The notes: generated by a model not told the origin, from the letters alone. Positions 1 through 10,379 are shown, counted from the first letter of the stretch. The stretch: DNA of 32,000 nucleotides from Cylindrospermopsis raciborskii Cr2010 (GCF_003367075.2 NZ_CP065936.1:2280001-2312000); one strand, 5' to 3'. Numbers and translations: made by a program.

Positions 1-536
1 CAGGTGTACTCATGGGCGCACCAAACCCGGGTGTTATCAGGTAAAGCTCTCAGTTGAGTCAAAGACTCCACCATTTGTGCTGGTGTACCTTCAAATAGAC
101 GACCACAACCACCAGCAAAAAGAGTGTCACCACAAAATAACTCTCCTGTGTCACCGGGTGTGACAGGGGGGAAATAATAGGCAATATGAGCACGAGTATG
201 ACCAGGTATAAATAATACTATTGCCTGGCGATCGCCAAATTTAACAATATCATTTGCTTGTAGGAACACCTGCTGTCCAGGAATTCTTCCTCGGTCTTGA
301 ATACCAGCATATATGGTCACCTGGGGAAATTTTTCAATTAATTTCTGATTACCTCCCACATGGTCATGATGATGATGGGTATTAAAAATAGCGACCAAAT
401 TGCATTGTAATTCTGTAAGTTTTTCCATAACCGGTTCTGGTTGAGCGGGATCGACAACAGCAGCAATATTATGATATGAATCGTATAGGAGAAATATATA
501 GTTATCAGACAGTGCTGATAATTGAATGATTTGCAT
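1..536 (-). CDS. gloB: Hydroxyacylglutathione hydrolase (glyoxalase II), 3' end truncated by window edge
   Basis: My own translation of the minus strand from the ATG (complement of 534-536) gives [17 protein letters not shown]...[12 protein letters not shown]...[11 protein letters not shown]...[17 protein letters not shown]...CAHEYT. It has the metallo-beta-lactamase HxHxDH motif and glyoxalase II blocks. It is absent from the ORF track because it runs off the window. Confidence 0.85.
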   Translation of the reverse strand, partial: MQIIQLSALSDNYIFLLYDSYHNIAAVVDPAQPEPVMEKLTELQCNLVAIFNTHHHHDHVGGNQKLIEKFPQVTIYAGIQDRGRIPGQQVFLQANDIVKFGDRQAIVLFIPGHTRAHIAYYFPPVTPGDTGELFCGDTLFAGGCGRLFEGTPAQMVESLTQLRALPDNTRVWCAHEYT

Positions 537-570
537 TATTTTTACCTCATTTATATAAATAAAAATTATC

Positions 571-599
571 AAATCTCTCTACTTTAAGAAGAGAGATTT
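571..599 (-). terminator. Candidate stem-loop, possibly an intrinsic terminator for the upstream minus-strand gene
   Basis: Perfect 10-bp inverted repeat: aaatctctct (571-580) and agagagattt (590-599), with a 9-nt loop. On the minus strand it is followed by GATAATTTTTATTTAT. It lies only about 35 nt upstream of the gloB ATG, so it could instead be a 5' regulatory structure. Confidence 0.35.
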
Positions 600-619
600 A
601 ACAAAGATTCTTGAGTAAG

Positions 620-678
620 TGGGTGAGTGGAATTAAACATAAGATGAAGGTAGGTTGGGTTGAGGAACGAAACCCAAC
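620..678 (+). repeat. Short dispersed repeat, copy A, ending in a GTTGGGTT/AACCCAAC hairpin
   Basis: About 60 bp, tgggtgagtggaattaaacataagatgaaggtaggttgggttgaggaacgaaacccaac, matching 24019-24080 with a few substitutions and a 2-nt indel. The hairpin arms are 654-661 and 671-678. Confidence 0.8.
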
Positions 679-740
679 GCCCCCACGGGTTACCCTACCA
701 CTAAGCCATCCTACAAATAATTGTGCCTCCCTACTTACCT

Positions 741-1115
741 TCAAGACCAAGAATCTAAATCAAGAGATTGCATCCCACGATTACTAACAAACTCTAGTAA
801 ACTACCCAGTTGGAACCAGACAAACAAACAAGTTGCCAGACTCAATGGTAGACCTATACCCAAAGCGAGGGGGGAGGGAAAACCAAATATTTCCAATCCA
901 GAAGACATAAATAAACAAACGCCCCCTGTAATTCCTATAAATGGCAATAACAATTGTTTTAAAGAACCGGATGATTTAATGGGTTCTATCTGATTAGCTG
1001 GCCACTTCTGCACAATTACCTTTAAGGTACCAGACAAAGCAAAACCAGAAGTTAATGCGGCCAGAAAACCTACCAGTAGTAAAATATAAGGTGGTTGAAG
1101 AGGATAGTAATACAT
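741..1115 (-). CDS. Small hydrophobic membrane protein, function unknown
   Basis: The ORF track gives 741-1154 with a TTG start. I prefer the ATG at 1115 (MYYYPLQPP...) because AGGAG sits 5 nt upstream. The product has several hydrophobic helices and no recognisable motif. Confidence 0.55.
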   Translation of the reverse strand: MYYYPLQPPYILLLVGFLAALTSGFALSGTLKVIVQKWPANQIEPIKSSGSLKQLLLPFIGITGGVCLFMSSGLEIFGFPSPLALGIGLPLSLATCLFVWFQLGSLLEFVSNRGMQSLDLDSWS

Positions 1116-1163
1116 GAAAACTCCTGATTTTAAAAAACTAACCAACAAAAACAAAATAGGCTA

Positions 1164-2873
1164 TTATTCAGCTATAACAGAGGAAAGAAAAGAACCTGCT
1201 CTGGGTAAAATAGCTGCTACACTTTCCCGAGAGAACTCGGTCAACATATTGAGAGCTACGTTGAGTAAACGATTGGGGGGTAAATCATCTTTGACTAACT
1301 CCCATAATCTTTGTACCTCATCAGTATGCAAACGGTCGTCTTCAGTCAACGCTAAAACCAATTGACGACGCAAGAATTTACCCTCTTCAGAAAGTAAATA
1401 CTGTAAACCCATTTTCGCCGTGGGAACCATATCAAACTCCCCATCTGTACGAGCAATGGAAATCAAATTTTCCAACCTTTGCCATTGGAACTTACCATTT
1501 TTAAATAGCACGTTCAATAACCGTCTTCTTAACGCAGGTGATTCACCAGTGAGTAGACGACGTGCTATGTATGGATAGCCAACCTCCACAATTTTAAAAT
1601 TGCGGTTAAGACTCAACGCAATCCCTTCCTGGGTTACCAGGGAGCGAATAATCAAAGCAAATTTGGCAGGAACTCGGAAGGGGTAATCATACATTAATTC
1701 CGAAAATTCATCGGTGATAGTTTTAAAGTTAAAATCCCCAACATTCTTACCAATGGCATTCCCTAAAACCGCTTCTAACGCTGGAATAATAGGACTAATA
1801 TTTGTCCCGGGGGCTAAAAAACCCAAACTGACAAAATCTTCCGCTAGATCGGCGTAATCCTTATTCACAAGATGCACCAGCGCATCCACTAAAGTTTCCT
1901 TAGTAGTTTCCTCCAACTGATCCATCATGCCAAAGTCAATGTAAGCCATGCGACCATCATCCACCGCAAACAAATTACCCGGATGGGGATCCGCATGGAA
2001 AAAGCCATATTCTAATAGCTGTTGTAAACCAGAAGTAACCCCAATTTGAATCATACCTTCAGGATTTAAACCAGCTTGACGAATCCTTTCGGTATCCGTG
2101 AGTTTATAACCATTGATCCATTCCAGGGTTAAAACTCGATGACTACTATAACTCCAGTAAATAACTGGTACTTTTACCTGGGGGTTGTTGCGAAAATTGT
2201 GGGCGAATTTCTCTGCATTACGCCCTTCATTCATGTAGTCTATTTCTTCAAATAATTTGGTGCCAAATTCATCCACAATTAGTGTTAGGTCATGACCAAG
2301 ATTGAGAGGTAACCAGGGACTTAACCAAGTAGCTGCCCATCGCATTAAGTACAGGTCTTTTGTGATGATTGGTCTCAGGTTAGGGCGTTGTACTTTTACA
2401 GCGATTTCTTCACCTGTCACTAAAGTTCCCCTATATACCTGACCCAAACTAGCTGCTGCTACTGGTTGGGGTGATAGTTTGGTAAATATCTCATCAATGG
2501 ACCTATTGATCTCAGTTTCTATAATACTTAGGGCTATATCGTGGTCAAACGGTGGTAACTGGTCTTGCAGTTTTACCAGTTCCTCCAAAAAGTCCTTACG
2601 GATTAAGTCTGGTCGAGTGGATAGAGCTTGACCAACTTTGATGAATGTTGGACCTAGGTTGGTTAACAGTTTTCGCAACTGGGTGGCTCTTTTTCCCCTA
2701 TTTTGCTCAACCTGATTTCGCCATTCATCCCACTGAAGGCTGAATATAAAGACCGCAAAAGAAAATAGGATTCTCAACAGTCTTGCTAAAGCTAACCAGG
2801 GACGGTAACGATAATAACTTGCGATCGCTTCTGGATTGTACTGCTTTAATTGAGCAGGTTGGTAATGACCCAC
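1164..2873 (-). CDS. ABC1/UbiB (AarF) family atypical protein kinase
   Basis: 569 aa with a GTG start. It carries the ABC1 signature blocks LGPTFIKVGQALSTRPD, AAASLGQVY, EIAVKVQRP, HADPHPGNL and IDFGMM. Confidence 0.9.
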   Translation of the reverse strand: MGHYQPAQLKQYNPEAIASYYRYRPWLALARLLRILFSFAVFIFSLQWDEWRNQVEQNRGKRATQLRKLLTNLGPTFIKVGQALSTRPDLIRKDFLEELVKLQDQLPPFDHDIALSIIETEINRSIDEIFTKLSPQPVAAASLGQVYRGTLVTGEEIAVKVQRPNLRPIITKDLYLMRWAATWLSPWLPLNLGHDLTLIVDEFGTKLFEEIDYMNEGRNAEKFAHNFRNNPQVKVPVIYWSYSSHRVLTLEWINGYKLTDTERIRQAGLNPEGMIQIGVTSGLQQLLEYGFFHADPHPGNLFAVDDGRMAYIDFGMMDQLEETTKETLVDALVHLVNKDYADLAEDFVSLGFLAPGTNISPIIPALEAVLGNAIGKNVGDFNFKTITDEFSELMYDYPFRVPAKFALIIRSLVTQEGIALSLNRNFKIVEVGYPYIARRLLTGESPALRRRLLNVLFKNGKFQWQRLENLISIARTDGEFDMVPTAKMGLQYLLSEEGKFLRRQLVLALTEDDRLHTDEVQRLWELVKDDLPPNRLLNVALNMLTEFSRESVAAILPRAGSFLSSVIAE

Positions 2874-3153
2874 GTCTTTGCCTCTACAACTGGGAATTTG
2901 AGCTTTTATTTACTAACTGTTTACGTGGGTATATTGCCCCTTTTCATGGGATTTAGATATCCCATAAAATAATTGCCAATCACCCATTTCCAGGCAATAT
3001 TAGCCATCATAGGGCGGTTTTTATTACCTAGGTTAGTTTATCTTTTTGTTAATTATACTTTATAAAACTACAAACTTTGGTCTGATAGCAAGGGTATTTT
3101 ATCTTTTCTTAACTATTACCTGATTTTACCTTACGTGTAGACGTAGCCATCTG

Positions 3154-5454
3154 TTAAGAGCGATAAGCACCATAAACTAGCACAGGCACTCTTTTATATG
3201 CAGGTGTACCGCTATTTATATCAATTTCTGCTTTAAATAACAGATTTGCCTCTGGATAAAACATAAATGCCACGCCTTGACGAATTCTACCACAAATAAC
3301 TTCAATGCTATTTAGTTCCCCCGCATTACCTTTAACTGTGACCCGATCATTTTCTTTGAATCCTGCTGCGGCAATATCCTCAGCATTCATCAAAATACAA
3401 TGGCGATGGGGCATATTTCTATACTTATCTTCATCACGATATACCACGGTATTATGCTGACCATAACTGCGTCCAGTTCCCAGTATTAAAACAGTTCCCG
3501 GATGATTTTCTGGAACTCCAAAATAGGATTTATTTGGTAAAGATAATTGTGGTAGGGTTGTGACAAACATTTGTGCTTTACCATCGGGAGTATTAAATTT
3601 TGGTTCTGAAAAGACTCGCCCATCAATGGTAAATTCTTCTTGAGTTTGGTCAATCTGCCCAATTTTTTGATAACCGGGAATGGTTTTGGCGATAAGTTCT
3701 CTGATATAGATTGGATCTTGCAATTTACGCCAATTGATTGGACCTTCTTGATGGGAAATATGGGCAATTTCTGTAATTAACTCTACTTCTGAAATTAAAT
3801 CAGACTCCCGGGAAGATAGATGTGTTCTACCTGCATCATTTAATCGCACAAAATTGTTTCCCGATTCCGTAGTGGTCTGGTGGGGATTTTCAAATCTGTT
3901 AAAAACTGGTAAGATTAGGGTCTGAACCTTTGCCAATCCATGAAAATGTCCTAGATTGGGTTTTGTCCCCACATAAAATATAGTTTCTATTTCAGATAAT
4001 GCCTTTTTAGCCTGTTGTAAATCTGGATTAGCTGCATATAAATTGCCTCCCAAACAAAACAGGGTATCTACCCGACCTTTTTCTGCTGCTGTGATTAAAT
4101 CACGGGTATGATAGCCAGGGGTATTATTGAGGGGTTTTCCCAGCAATTGGGATAGTGCTTCCCTAACTTCTTCCCGCAAGTTTACAGTTACACCCATAGA
4201 GCCAAATCCTTGAACATTGGAATGGCCCCGAATGGGCATTGTTCCCGCTCCGATTTTACCAGCATTACCTGTCATCAAGGCAGTATTTGCAATGCTGAAT
4301 ATGTTCTCGACTGCGTTCTTATGTTGGGTTATACCCATTGCCCAGGCAAAAACTACGTTTTTTGATTTACCAATTAAATAAGCTGCTGCACTAATTTCTT
4401 CCTGAGATAATCCGCAGGTTTTAGTAATTTCTTCCCAAGATGTGTGTTGGGCATAATCTAGGATTTCTTGCCAATTTTTTGTGTGAGATTGTAGGTAGTT
4501 ATTTTGAATTAAATTTTGCTCAATTAGGGATTTTTGCAAACCAACAAATAGGGCAACATCACTACCAGGAATAGGCTGTAAATATAAAGTTGATATATCC
4601 GAACCACCAGTGAGTAGTAATTTGATGGGAAAAGCAGGAGAACCAAATTTGACCAAGCCAACTTCTATCTGGGGATTGATAATAATTATCTTACCTCCCC
4701 TGTCCCGTAATTTGATTAACTCGTTCATTAATCTTGGATGATTAGCAGGCGCATTAGATCCAACTAAAACTATGCAGTCACTGTGTTTTAAGCTCTCTAA
4801 ACTGACCATGGAAGTGCCAGAACCAAAAACTTGCTTTAACCCCACGGTTGAAGGAGCGTGACACAAATCTGAACAGTCAGCTAAATTATTACTCCCCAGC
4901 GATCGCATGAATAATTGCAACAGGTAAGCTGCTTCGTTAGAAGAACGCCCAGAGCTGTAACTGGCAATTCTCTGTGGTGTGATACTGAAAGATTTTCGAG
5001 CAATTTGATAAACCTCTGACCAGCTGATAGGTTGATAGTGGGATGCTCCAGATCTGAGAATAAGTGGATAGGTTAATCTACCCAATTTGTCGCATTGTTG
5101 GGAAGTAAGTTGTTGTAATTCGTTAATAGTGTACTGCTCAAAAAATTCTAGTTTGATTCCCGGTTGCAATTCAGCAGCGATCGCCTCTACACTTTTAGCA
5201 CAACGTTGTAAGTATTCTCCCGACTCATTAACAAATCCGCCTTTTTGTCCACCAGTTCCCCAGGCGCAGGATAAACAGGCACTTTTATGATTCAGGGTTT
5301 GCCATAATTTAGGTCCTTGGGGGGTGAGGGTTTTTTCTACCCAGTATTGAATTACAGGTATTCCTCCTCCGGAGGGAGATTTTGAATTTGCGGTTAAATC
5401 ATCCATAAAATCTAACTCAATTTCTTGACCTAAGTACCTTATAGTATAGGACAT
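3154..5454 (-). CDS. FdhF/YdeP-family molybdopterin oxidoreductase
   Basis: 766 aa. The N-terminal CxxC...GGQKGGF block (SACLSCAWGTGGQKGGFVNE) and the overall molybdopterin-oxidoreductase layout are typical of the YdeP subgroup. Confidence 0.8.
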   Translation of the reverse strand: MSYTIRYLGQEIELDFMDDLTANSKSPSGGGIPVIQYWVEKTLTPQGPKLWQTLNHKSACLSCAWGTGGQKGGFVNESGEYLQRCAKSVEAIAAELQPGIKLEFFEQYTINELQQLTSQQCDKLGRLTYPLILRSGASHYQPISWSEVYQIARKSFSITPQRIASYSSGRSSNEAAYLLQLFMRSLGSNNLADCSDLCHAPSTVGLKQVFGSGTSMVSLESLKHSDCIVLVGSNAPANHPRLMNELIKLRDRGGKIIIINPQIEVGLVKFGSPAFPIKLLLTGGSDISTLYLQPIPGSDVALFVGLQKSLIEQNLIQNNYLQSHTKNWQEILDYAQHTSWEEITKTCGLSQEEISAAAYLIGKSKNVVFAWAMGITQHKNAVENIFSIANTALMTGNAGKIGAGTMPIRGHSNVQGFGSMGVTVNLREEVREALSQLLGKPLNNTPGYHTRDLITAAEKGRVDTLFCLGGNLYAANPDLQQAKKALSEIETIFYVGTKPNLGHFHGLAKVQTLILPVFNRFENPHQTTTESGNNFVRLNDAGRTHLSSRESDLISEVELITEIAHISHQEGPINWRKLQDPIYIRELIAKTIPGYQKIGQIDQTQEEFTIDGRVFSEPKFNTPDGKAQMFVTTLPQLSLPNKSYFGVPENHPGTVLILGTGRSYGQHNTVVYRDEDKYRNMPHRHCILMNAEDIAAAGFKENDRVTVKGNAGELNSIEVICGRIRQGVAFMFYPEANLLFKAEIDINSGTPAYKRVPVLVYGAYRS

Positions 5455-5516
5455 TAAGTTGAATTCCGTTGACTAACAAGTAACTGCAAAAGAAGATTGT
5501 AGATAATATTAGGATT

Positions 5517-6443
5517 ATGGCGAAATTCTCGCGCTGGGTTGTTTTTGGAGTGACTTTGCTTTTTTTAGCCAAAACTCTCCAAGACCATTGGTTGGAAGTG
5601 AACTCTCTGAGTCTAGTTACAATTAAGTGGAAAACTTTGATTCTAGCCACCATAGTGACATTACTTGCACACACTTGGGCGGGGTGGGTATGGACATGGA
5701 TTCTGAAAGATTTAAATCAGTCTGTACCTACTGGTCTATTTATCCGAGTGTATTTAAAAACTAATGTCGCTAAATATTTGCCTGGAAATGTTTGGCATTA
5801 TTATGGAAGAATACTAACAGCTAAAAATACCAATATTCCCACACTGGTAGCCACCTTGAGTGTCCTGTTAGAACCCCTACTCATGGCTACAGCAGCTTTA
5901 TTTAATATTATTTTACTCCCTAATCAATTATTTCTTACCTTTAGGTACATTCCTCAAATTCTACAATTCATCAGTTTGTGTCTACTGCTAAGTGCCATGC
6001 ACCCAGCAGTCCTAAATCCTGGGCTGGATATACTATATCAGATAAAAAGCAAAGTTAAGTTCCCTGGAAAAACCTCCCCTACAGTAAATTCCCCGATTCA
6101 GCCCATTAATAATTTAATTCTTGACCACTATCCCCTATTACCTCTGGTGGGTGAACTCATATTTGTATACTTACGGGGAACAGGGTTTATTTTAACTATT
6201 TCTGCTGTTAGTAATGTGGATATCAACCAAATCCCCATATTAATGGGTGCTTTTAGTCTGGCCTGGGTTTTGGGTCTAGTCATCCCCGGTGCTCCAGGTG
6301 GTATAGGTGTATTTGAAGCCACTGCTATTCTGGTTCTAGACGATGTTTTCCCACCTGCTATCCTAATTAGCGCGATCGCACTGTATCGTCTTATCAGCAT
6401 TTTAGCGGAAACTATTGGTGCTGCTATTGGCTACTTACTCTAG
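5517..6443 (+). CDS. UPF0104 / lysylphosphatidylglycerol-synthase-TM-like (flippase-like) integral membrane protein
   Basis: 308 aa polytopic membrane protein with a C-terminal IPGAPGGIGVFEA motif characteristic of this family. Confidence 0.6.
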   Translation: MAKFSRWVVFGVTLLFLAKTLQDHWLEVNSLSLVTIKWKTLILATIVTLLAHTWAGWVWTWILKDLNQSVPTGLFIRVYLKTNVAKYLPGNVWHYYGRILTAKNTNIPTLVATLSVLLEPLLMATAALFNIILLPNQLFLTFRYIPQILQFISLCLLLSAMHPAVLNPGLDILYQIKSKVKFPGKTSPTVNSPIQPINNLILDHYPLLPLVGELIFVYLRGTGFILTISAVSNVDINQIPILMGAFSLAWVLGLVIPGAPGGIGVFEATAILVLDDVFPPAILISAIALYRLISILAETIGAAIGYLL

Positions 6444-6502
6444 TTTTTTGCTAAATTTGCCCATCTGGTGGTACTATGGTGCTGTTGCTAAATTCCTAAA
6501 TC

Positions 6503-6976
6503 ATGTCATATAAGTTACTTTTTGTCTGTCTTGGCAATATTTGTCGTTCTCCATCAGCGGAGAATATTATGAATTATCTAATCGATAAAGCAAATTTAAG
6601 TAATGAAATTCATTGCGATTCCGCTGGTACTTCCAACTATCACATTGGCAGTCCACCCGATAGAAGAATGAGCGCGGCCGCATCTGCTAAATTGGGTATT
6701 GACCTACTTGGAAAAGCCCGTCAGTTCCAAATATCTGACTTTGAGGATTTTGACTTGATTTTGGCTATGGATAAGGATAACTATCGAGATATTCTCTCTC
6801 TGGACTCTTCAGGAAGGTATCATCCCAAGGTTCGTCTTATGTGCGACTTTTGCTCTGAACACAGTTTCCAGGAAGTCCCTGATCCCTATTATGGAGGACC
6901 AGAGGGATTTAATCAAGTAATAGATTTACTTATGGATGCTTGTAATGGACTGTTAAAACATATAAAAAATCAATAA
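6503..6976 (+). CDS. Low-molecular-weight protein-tyrosine phosphatase
   Basis: 157 aa. It has an N-terminal CLGNICRSP (CX5R P-loop) and a C-terminal DPYYG motif. Confidence 0.9.
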   Translation: MSYKLLFVCLGNICRSPSAENIMNYLIDKANLSNEIHCDSAGTSNYHIGSPPDRRMSAAASAKLGIDLLGKARQFQISDFEDFDLILAMDKDNYRDILSLDSSGRYHPKVRLMCDFCSEHSFQEVPDPYYGGPEGFNQVIDLLMDACNGLLKHIKNQ

Positions 6977-6990
6977 TACTATTCCTCGAG

Positions 6991-7686
6991 CTAGTCTACT
7001 ATACCATGCTTTATAGCAAATCTTACCAGTTCAGCTCTGTTATTACTAGAAGTTTTTCTCAATAAGCTACTGACATATTTCTCTACTGTACGTGGACTCA
7101 AATATAATTTACTGCCAATTTCTGCATTGGATAGCCCATGAGTCAACAACTCCAGAACCTCTCGTTCTCTGGTACTTATGGACATGAGTATGTGAGAGTC
7201 GGGATGGTTTAAAGTCTCAGTCCTAGGAATAGATGGGGAAACAGGTCTGGTTTTGTCATCAGGGGGAAAACTGCCACTGATCTGACTGGATAAACAATAT
7301 TCCGATTGAATAATTTGCGATCGCTCTAACAAGTTACGAACAGCAGCGGATAACTCCTCTAGTTCAAAAGGCTTAGGTAAATATAAATCACATCCCGACT
7401 GATAACCGAGAATCCTCTCTTGAGTTTTGGTTCTAGCAGTCAAGAGAATAACAGGTAGCAAGCGAAACTCAATGTTTTGACGTACTCGACGGACCAACTC
7501 ATAACCGTTCATTCGTGGCATAATAATGTCCGTCACCATCAAATCCAGGTGTTCTTGTTGTATAATAGATAGGGCGTTTTCACCATCATCAGCTGTCAGT
7601 ACAGAATAACCACACAGTTCCAGATAATCACTAATCGAGAGACTAGTGCCAATGTCATCATCGACCACAAGGATTTTTAAGGGCAT
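6991..7686 (-). CDS. Response regulator, receiver domain plus LuxR/NarL-type HTH
   Basis: 231 aa. The receiver has VDDD...D...K residues (ILVVDDD, MVTDIIMP, LPKPF). A Ser/Pro-rich linker leads to a C-terminal TREREVLELLTHGLSNAEIGSKLYLSPRTVEKYV LuxR helix-turn-helix. No adjacent histidine kinase is present. Confidence 0.9.
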   Translation of the reverse strand: MPLKILVVDDDIGTSLSISDYLELCGYSVLTADDGENALSIIQQEHLDLMVTDIIMPRMNGYELVRRVRQNIEFRLLPVILLTARTKTQERILGYQSGCDLYLPKPFELEELSAAVRNLLERSQIIQSEYCLSSQISGSFPPDDKTRPVSPSIPRTETLNHPDSHILMSISTREREVLELLTHGLSNAEIGSKLYLSPRTVEKYVSSLLRKTSSNNRAELVRFAIKHGIVD

Positions 7687-8000
7687 TAAAACCAGATCCC
7701 CAGTATTTTTATTACGGAATATTTAAAAATAATAATTGAACAGTAATATATATCTAAACTTACCACTTTTAGGAAATTAATGCCATTCTCGAGAAAGACG
7801 CTGTAATAGCATATTCAAAGATATAATTACTTTACGCCAACACCATTTGAAAATATAATGAAACATTATGTTATATTGGTGGTTTAAACTCATATTGGTC
7901 TTACCAGGCAAATTAGGCAAATGAAAATTAAAAAAATGACCATTATTTACACATATTTGTCTAAGTATATTTTGTTTACAGTACAAAAGTAAAATTTTCA

Positions 8001-8468
8001 ATGAGTGACAAAAACGAAGGTTACAAGATTATTAGTGATAATAGACAAGCCCGTTATTTATATGAAATCCTAGAAACCTACGAAGCAGGAATTCAGCTCA
8101 CTGGTACGGAAGTGAAATCAATACGAGCGGGTAAAGTCAACTTACAGGATGGTTATGCTTTGTTGCGTGATGGAGAAGCATGGCTAATAAACGCTCATAT
8201 TTCCCCTTACACAGCCAGTGGACAATATTTCAATCATGAGCCCAGACGCACCCGAAAATTGCTTTTACACGGATTAGAAATTCGTAAGTTGATAGGTAAA
8301 GTGGAACAACAAGGTTTAACCTTGATTCCATTAAAAATGTACTTCAAAAGGGGCTGGGTAAAGATCAGCATTGGTTTATGCAGAGGGAAGAAAGTCCATG
8401 ATAAACGGGAAGATTTAAAGCGTCGTCAAGATCAGCGTGATATTCAGCGGGCGATGAAGAATTACTAA
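8001..8468 (+). CDS. smpB: SsrA-binding protein
   Basis: 155 aa with the typical SmpB sequence (NRQARYLYEILETYEAGIQLTGTEVKSIR...RTRKLLLH). No tmRNA gene was recognised nearby. Confidence 0.95.
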   Translation: MSDKNEGYKIISDNRQARYLYEILETYEAGIQLTGTEVKSIRAGKVNLQDGYALLRDGEAWLINAHISPYTASGQYFNHEPRRTRKLLLHGLEIRKLIGKVEQQGLTLIPLKMYFKRGWVKISIGLCRGKKVHDKREDLKRRQDQRDIQRAMKNY

Positions 8469-8507
8469 TTGTACTAATTGAGTGGATAGTTTTCCACCTT
8501 GTTTTTC

Positions 8508-8969
8508 TTATTGCCAATCTTGACTAGTATCGCACATAAATCCATGGGAAATCGCTTGTTCAAACTGGTAGGGACAAACTTGGGGAAAAGTTCTCAATGG
8601 TAGGTTAGTTTCTCGTAGAGCTAAATCAACTCCCCCTTCAAAAGCATCCTCCAAAGCGTAGGGGATACGGGATTTTAAGGTGGGATTACGTTGAAAATGA
8701 CGATGGATAGCACGGCGCTGTTCTCTAATAGTTAGAAACCAACTGCGACAACGATTCTCCGGTTGGTATTCCCACTTGAGCAGGTGTCCCAACAAAACCG
8801 TAAGACGACTAACTAGTTCCCGATATTCCTGTCTTCCCAACCCTTCTAACTCCGTCTGCAAATTTTCCCAGTCCAGTTGAGATACTTGTCTTTGGGAAAT
8901 TGCTCTGAGTTGCCATTGAATCCAACCATAAAAGTCTTGTTCGTATTTAGGAGGAACTTCAGAGTTCAT
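8508..8969 (-). CDS. DUF29 family protein
   Basis: 153 aa. The YEQDFYGWIQWQ...LDWENLQTELEGLGRQEYRELVSRLTVLLGHLLKWEYQP pattern is typical of cyanobacterial DUF29 proteins. Confidence 0.8.
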   Translation of the reverse strand: MNSEVPPKYEQDFYGWIQWQLRAISQRQVSQLDWENLQTELEGLGRQEYRELVSRLTVLLGHLLKWEYQPENRCRSWFLTIREQRRAIHRHFQRNPTLKSRIPYALEDAFEGGVDLALRETNLPLRTFPQVCPYQFEQAISHGFMCDTSQDWQ

Positions 8970-8987
8970 AAGTAGTTATGCTCCGTC

Positions 8988-10379
8988 CTAATTTATTTCT
9001 CCACGGTTTTCGGTCAAGGGATTCCAGTAGCTAGCCACTATGGCCACCATTAACCACCAAAGAGTATTCACTTCTGGACGATACCATACAGTATCTACAG
9101 TACCATGACCTAGCATACCAAATATAGCCGCGATCGCTCCTATTAACCAAAGTCCATCCTGATTTCTCACCTTGAGAAACTGGCGCATTTGAACCAGTCC
9201 TGAGTTGATAATGACAATAATCAACCAGATAAAACAAGACAAACCAACAAAACCACTTTCTACAGCTGTTTCTAGGAAAATTGAATAGGCACTCAAAGCA
9301 CTATAGCGGGGACGTTGGTAAAGGGGATAGATTTTATTAAAAGAATTATGTCCTGGACCAATACCAATAATTGGGCGATCGCGAATCATTTCCAAAACTG
9401 CATCCCAGACATTACGGCGAAAATTATTACTACTATCTTGACGGTCAGCAAAAATACTAACCAATCGCAATCTAACTGGCTCAACAAAAATTACTGCTAG
9501 CAGAAGAGCGCCGATAAAAGTTCCCAATATAATTGGCAATAACCAAGTGCGCCAAAATAGAGACAGTTGTACACTCCACCAATAAGCTAACAACACCATA
9601 GCAGCCAAAATAGCGATTAGCATACCAATCCAGCCACCGCGACTAAAAGTTAAAACCAAACAAGAAGCGTTTGCGGCTAACATAATTACAGCTAGAGACT
9701 TTCTAATCCAACCGTGCCAGGCGAAAATAGCCACTAAACTTAAAGCCACTGCGGGGATCAGATACCCAGCCAATAAGTTCGGATTACCTAGATAACTGTA
9801 GACCCTAGTGGTTTTAGATAGAGTTGATTCTGGATCAACCCAGGTAGCCAAGGCCTTAGCCCCGAAAAACCATTGTCGAATGCCATATACACTAACAAGG
9901 AGGGATACATGTAAGTACAGGGTAATTAACCAAGAGCGAACGCGGTGAATTCTCAGGGATCTAGCACACAGAGCAAAAAGTAGTAAATAGAGTGTTAAAG
10001 TTACCAAATCACTAAAAGCTGCCTTTTTGACAGGGGATAAGCCTGCTGAAACCACAGCAATAAACCAATAGAGCAGAACTACCAGATGAATTGGGGTAAA
10101 GGAAATTTTAGATAGATTAGTGTCATCTGATATAGTTAAGATTAACCATAATGCTGCAGCTGCTAGTAGCAATATTCCAGTTAAAGTGCTAGACACAAAG
10201 GGTGACAATCCGTAAATTAGGCTGATTAAAGCAGCAGAGAGCATATCTCCCCATTGCATCAGCCAGCTGGTTTGGCGCCAAGGACTTACAATACCCACCA
10301 ACCTATGTAGATAGCTAGTATTGACATATTCTTTTAGGGGTAAGGAGGATAGTGTAAATCTTTCCCAGAGTAAATTCAT
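8988..10379 (-). CDS. ictB: IctB-family protein (O-antigen-ligase-like polytopic membrane protein, putative inorganic carbon transport related)
   Basis: The ORF track start at 10397 is TTG, so I use the ATG at 10379 (MNLLWERFTL...). The N-terminal YLHRLVG...W...S...W and SPFVSS blocks and the ~460 aa multi-TM layout match my recollection of IctB. Confidence 0.75.
   Translation of the reverse strand: MNLLWERFTLSSLPLKEYVNTSYLHRLVGIVSPWRQTSWLMQWGDMLSAALISLIYGLSPFVSSTLTGILLLAAAALWLILTISDDTNLSKISFTPIHLVVLLYWFIAVVSAGLSPVKKAAFSDLVTLTLYLLLFALCARSLRIHRVRSWLITLYLHVSLLVSVYGIRQWFFGAKALATWVDPESTLSKTTRVYSYLGNPNLLAGYLIPAVALSLVAIFAWHGWIRKSLAVIMLAANASCLVLTFSRGGWIGMLIAILAAMVLLAYWWSVQLSLFWRTWLLPIILGTFIGALLLAVIFVEPVRLRLVSIFADRQDSSNNFRRNVWDAVLEMIRDRPIIGIGPGHNSFNKIYPLYQRPRYSALSAYSIFLETAVESGFVGLSCFIWLIIVIINSGLVQMRQFLKVRNQDGLWLIGAIAAIFGMLGHGTVDTVWYRPEVNTLWWLMVAIVASYWNPLTENRGEIN

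Noticed and set aside
721-1365. Plus-strand ORFs 721-993 and 1114-1365
   Set aside because: They lie fully antisense to a hydrophobic membrane-protein ORF and to the ABC1 kinase gene. They have low-complexity, Lys/Asn/Ser-rich composition and no start context.
3486-6400. Small nested or antisense ORFs (3486-3767, 5087-5290, 5417-5674, 6128-6400)
   Set aside because: All overlap much longer ORFs that have clear family signatures, on the opposite strand or in another frame. None has an independent motif or start signal.
7777-8001. 74-aa minus-strand ORF in the response-regulator/smpB intergenic region
   Set aside because: It lies in very AT-rich sequence, has odd composition and no SD, and would overlap the smpB start. 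It is more likely promoter DNA for the two divergent genes.
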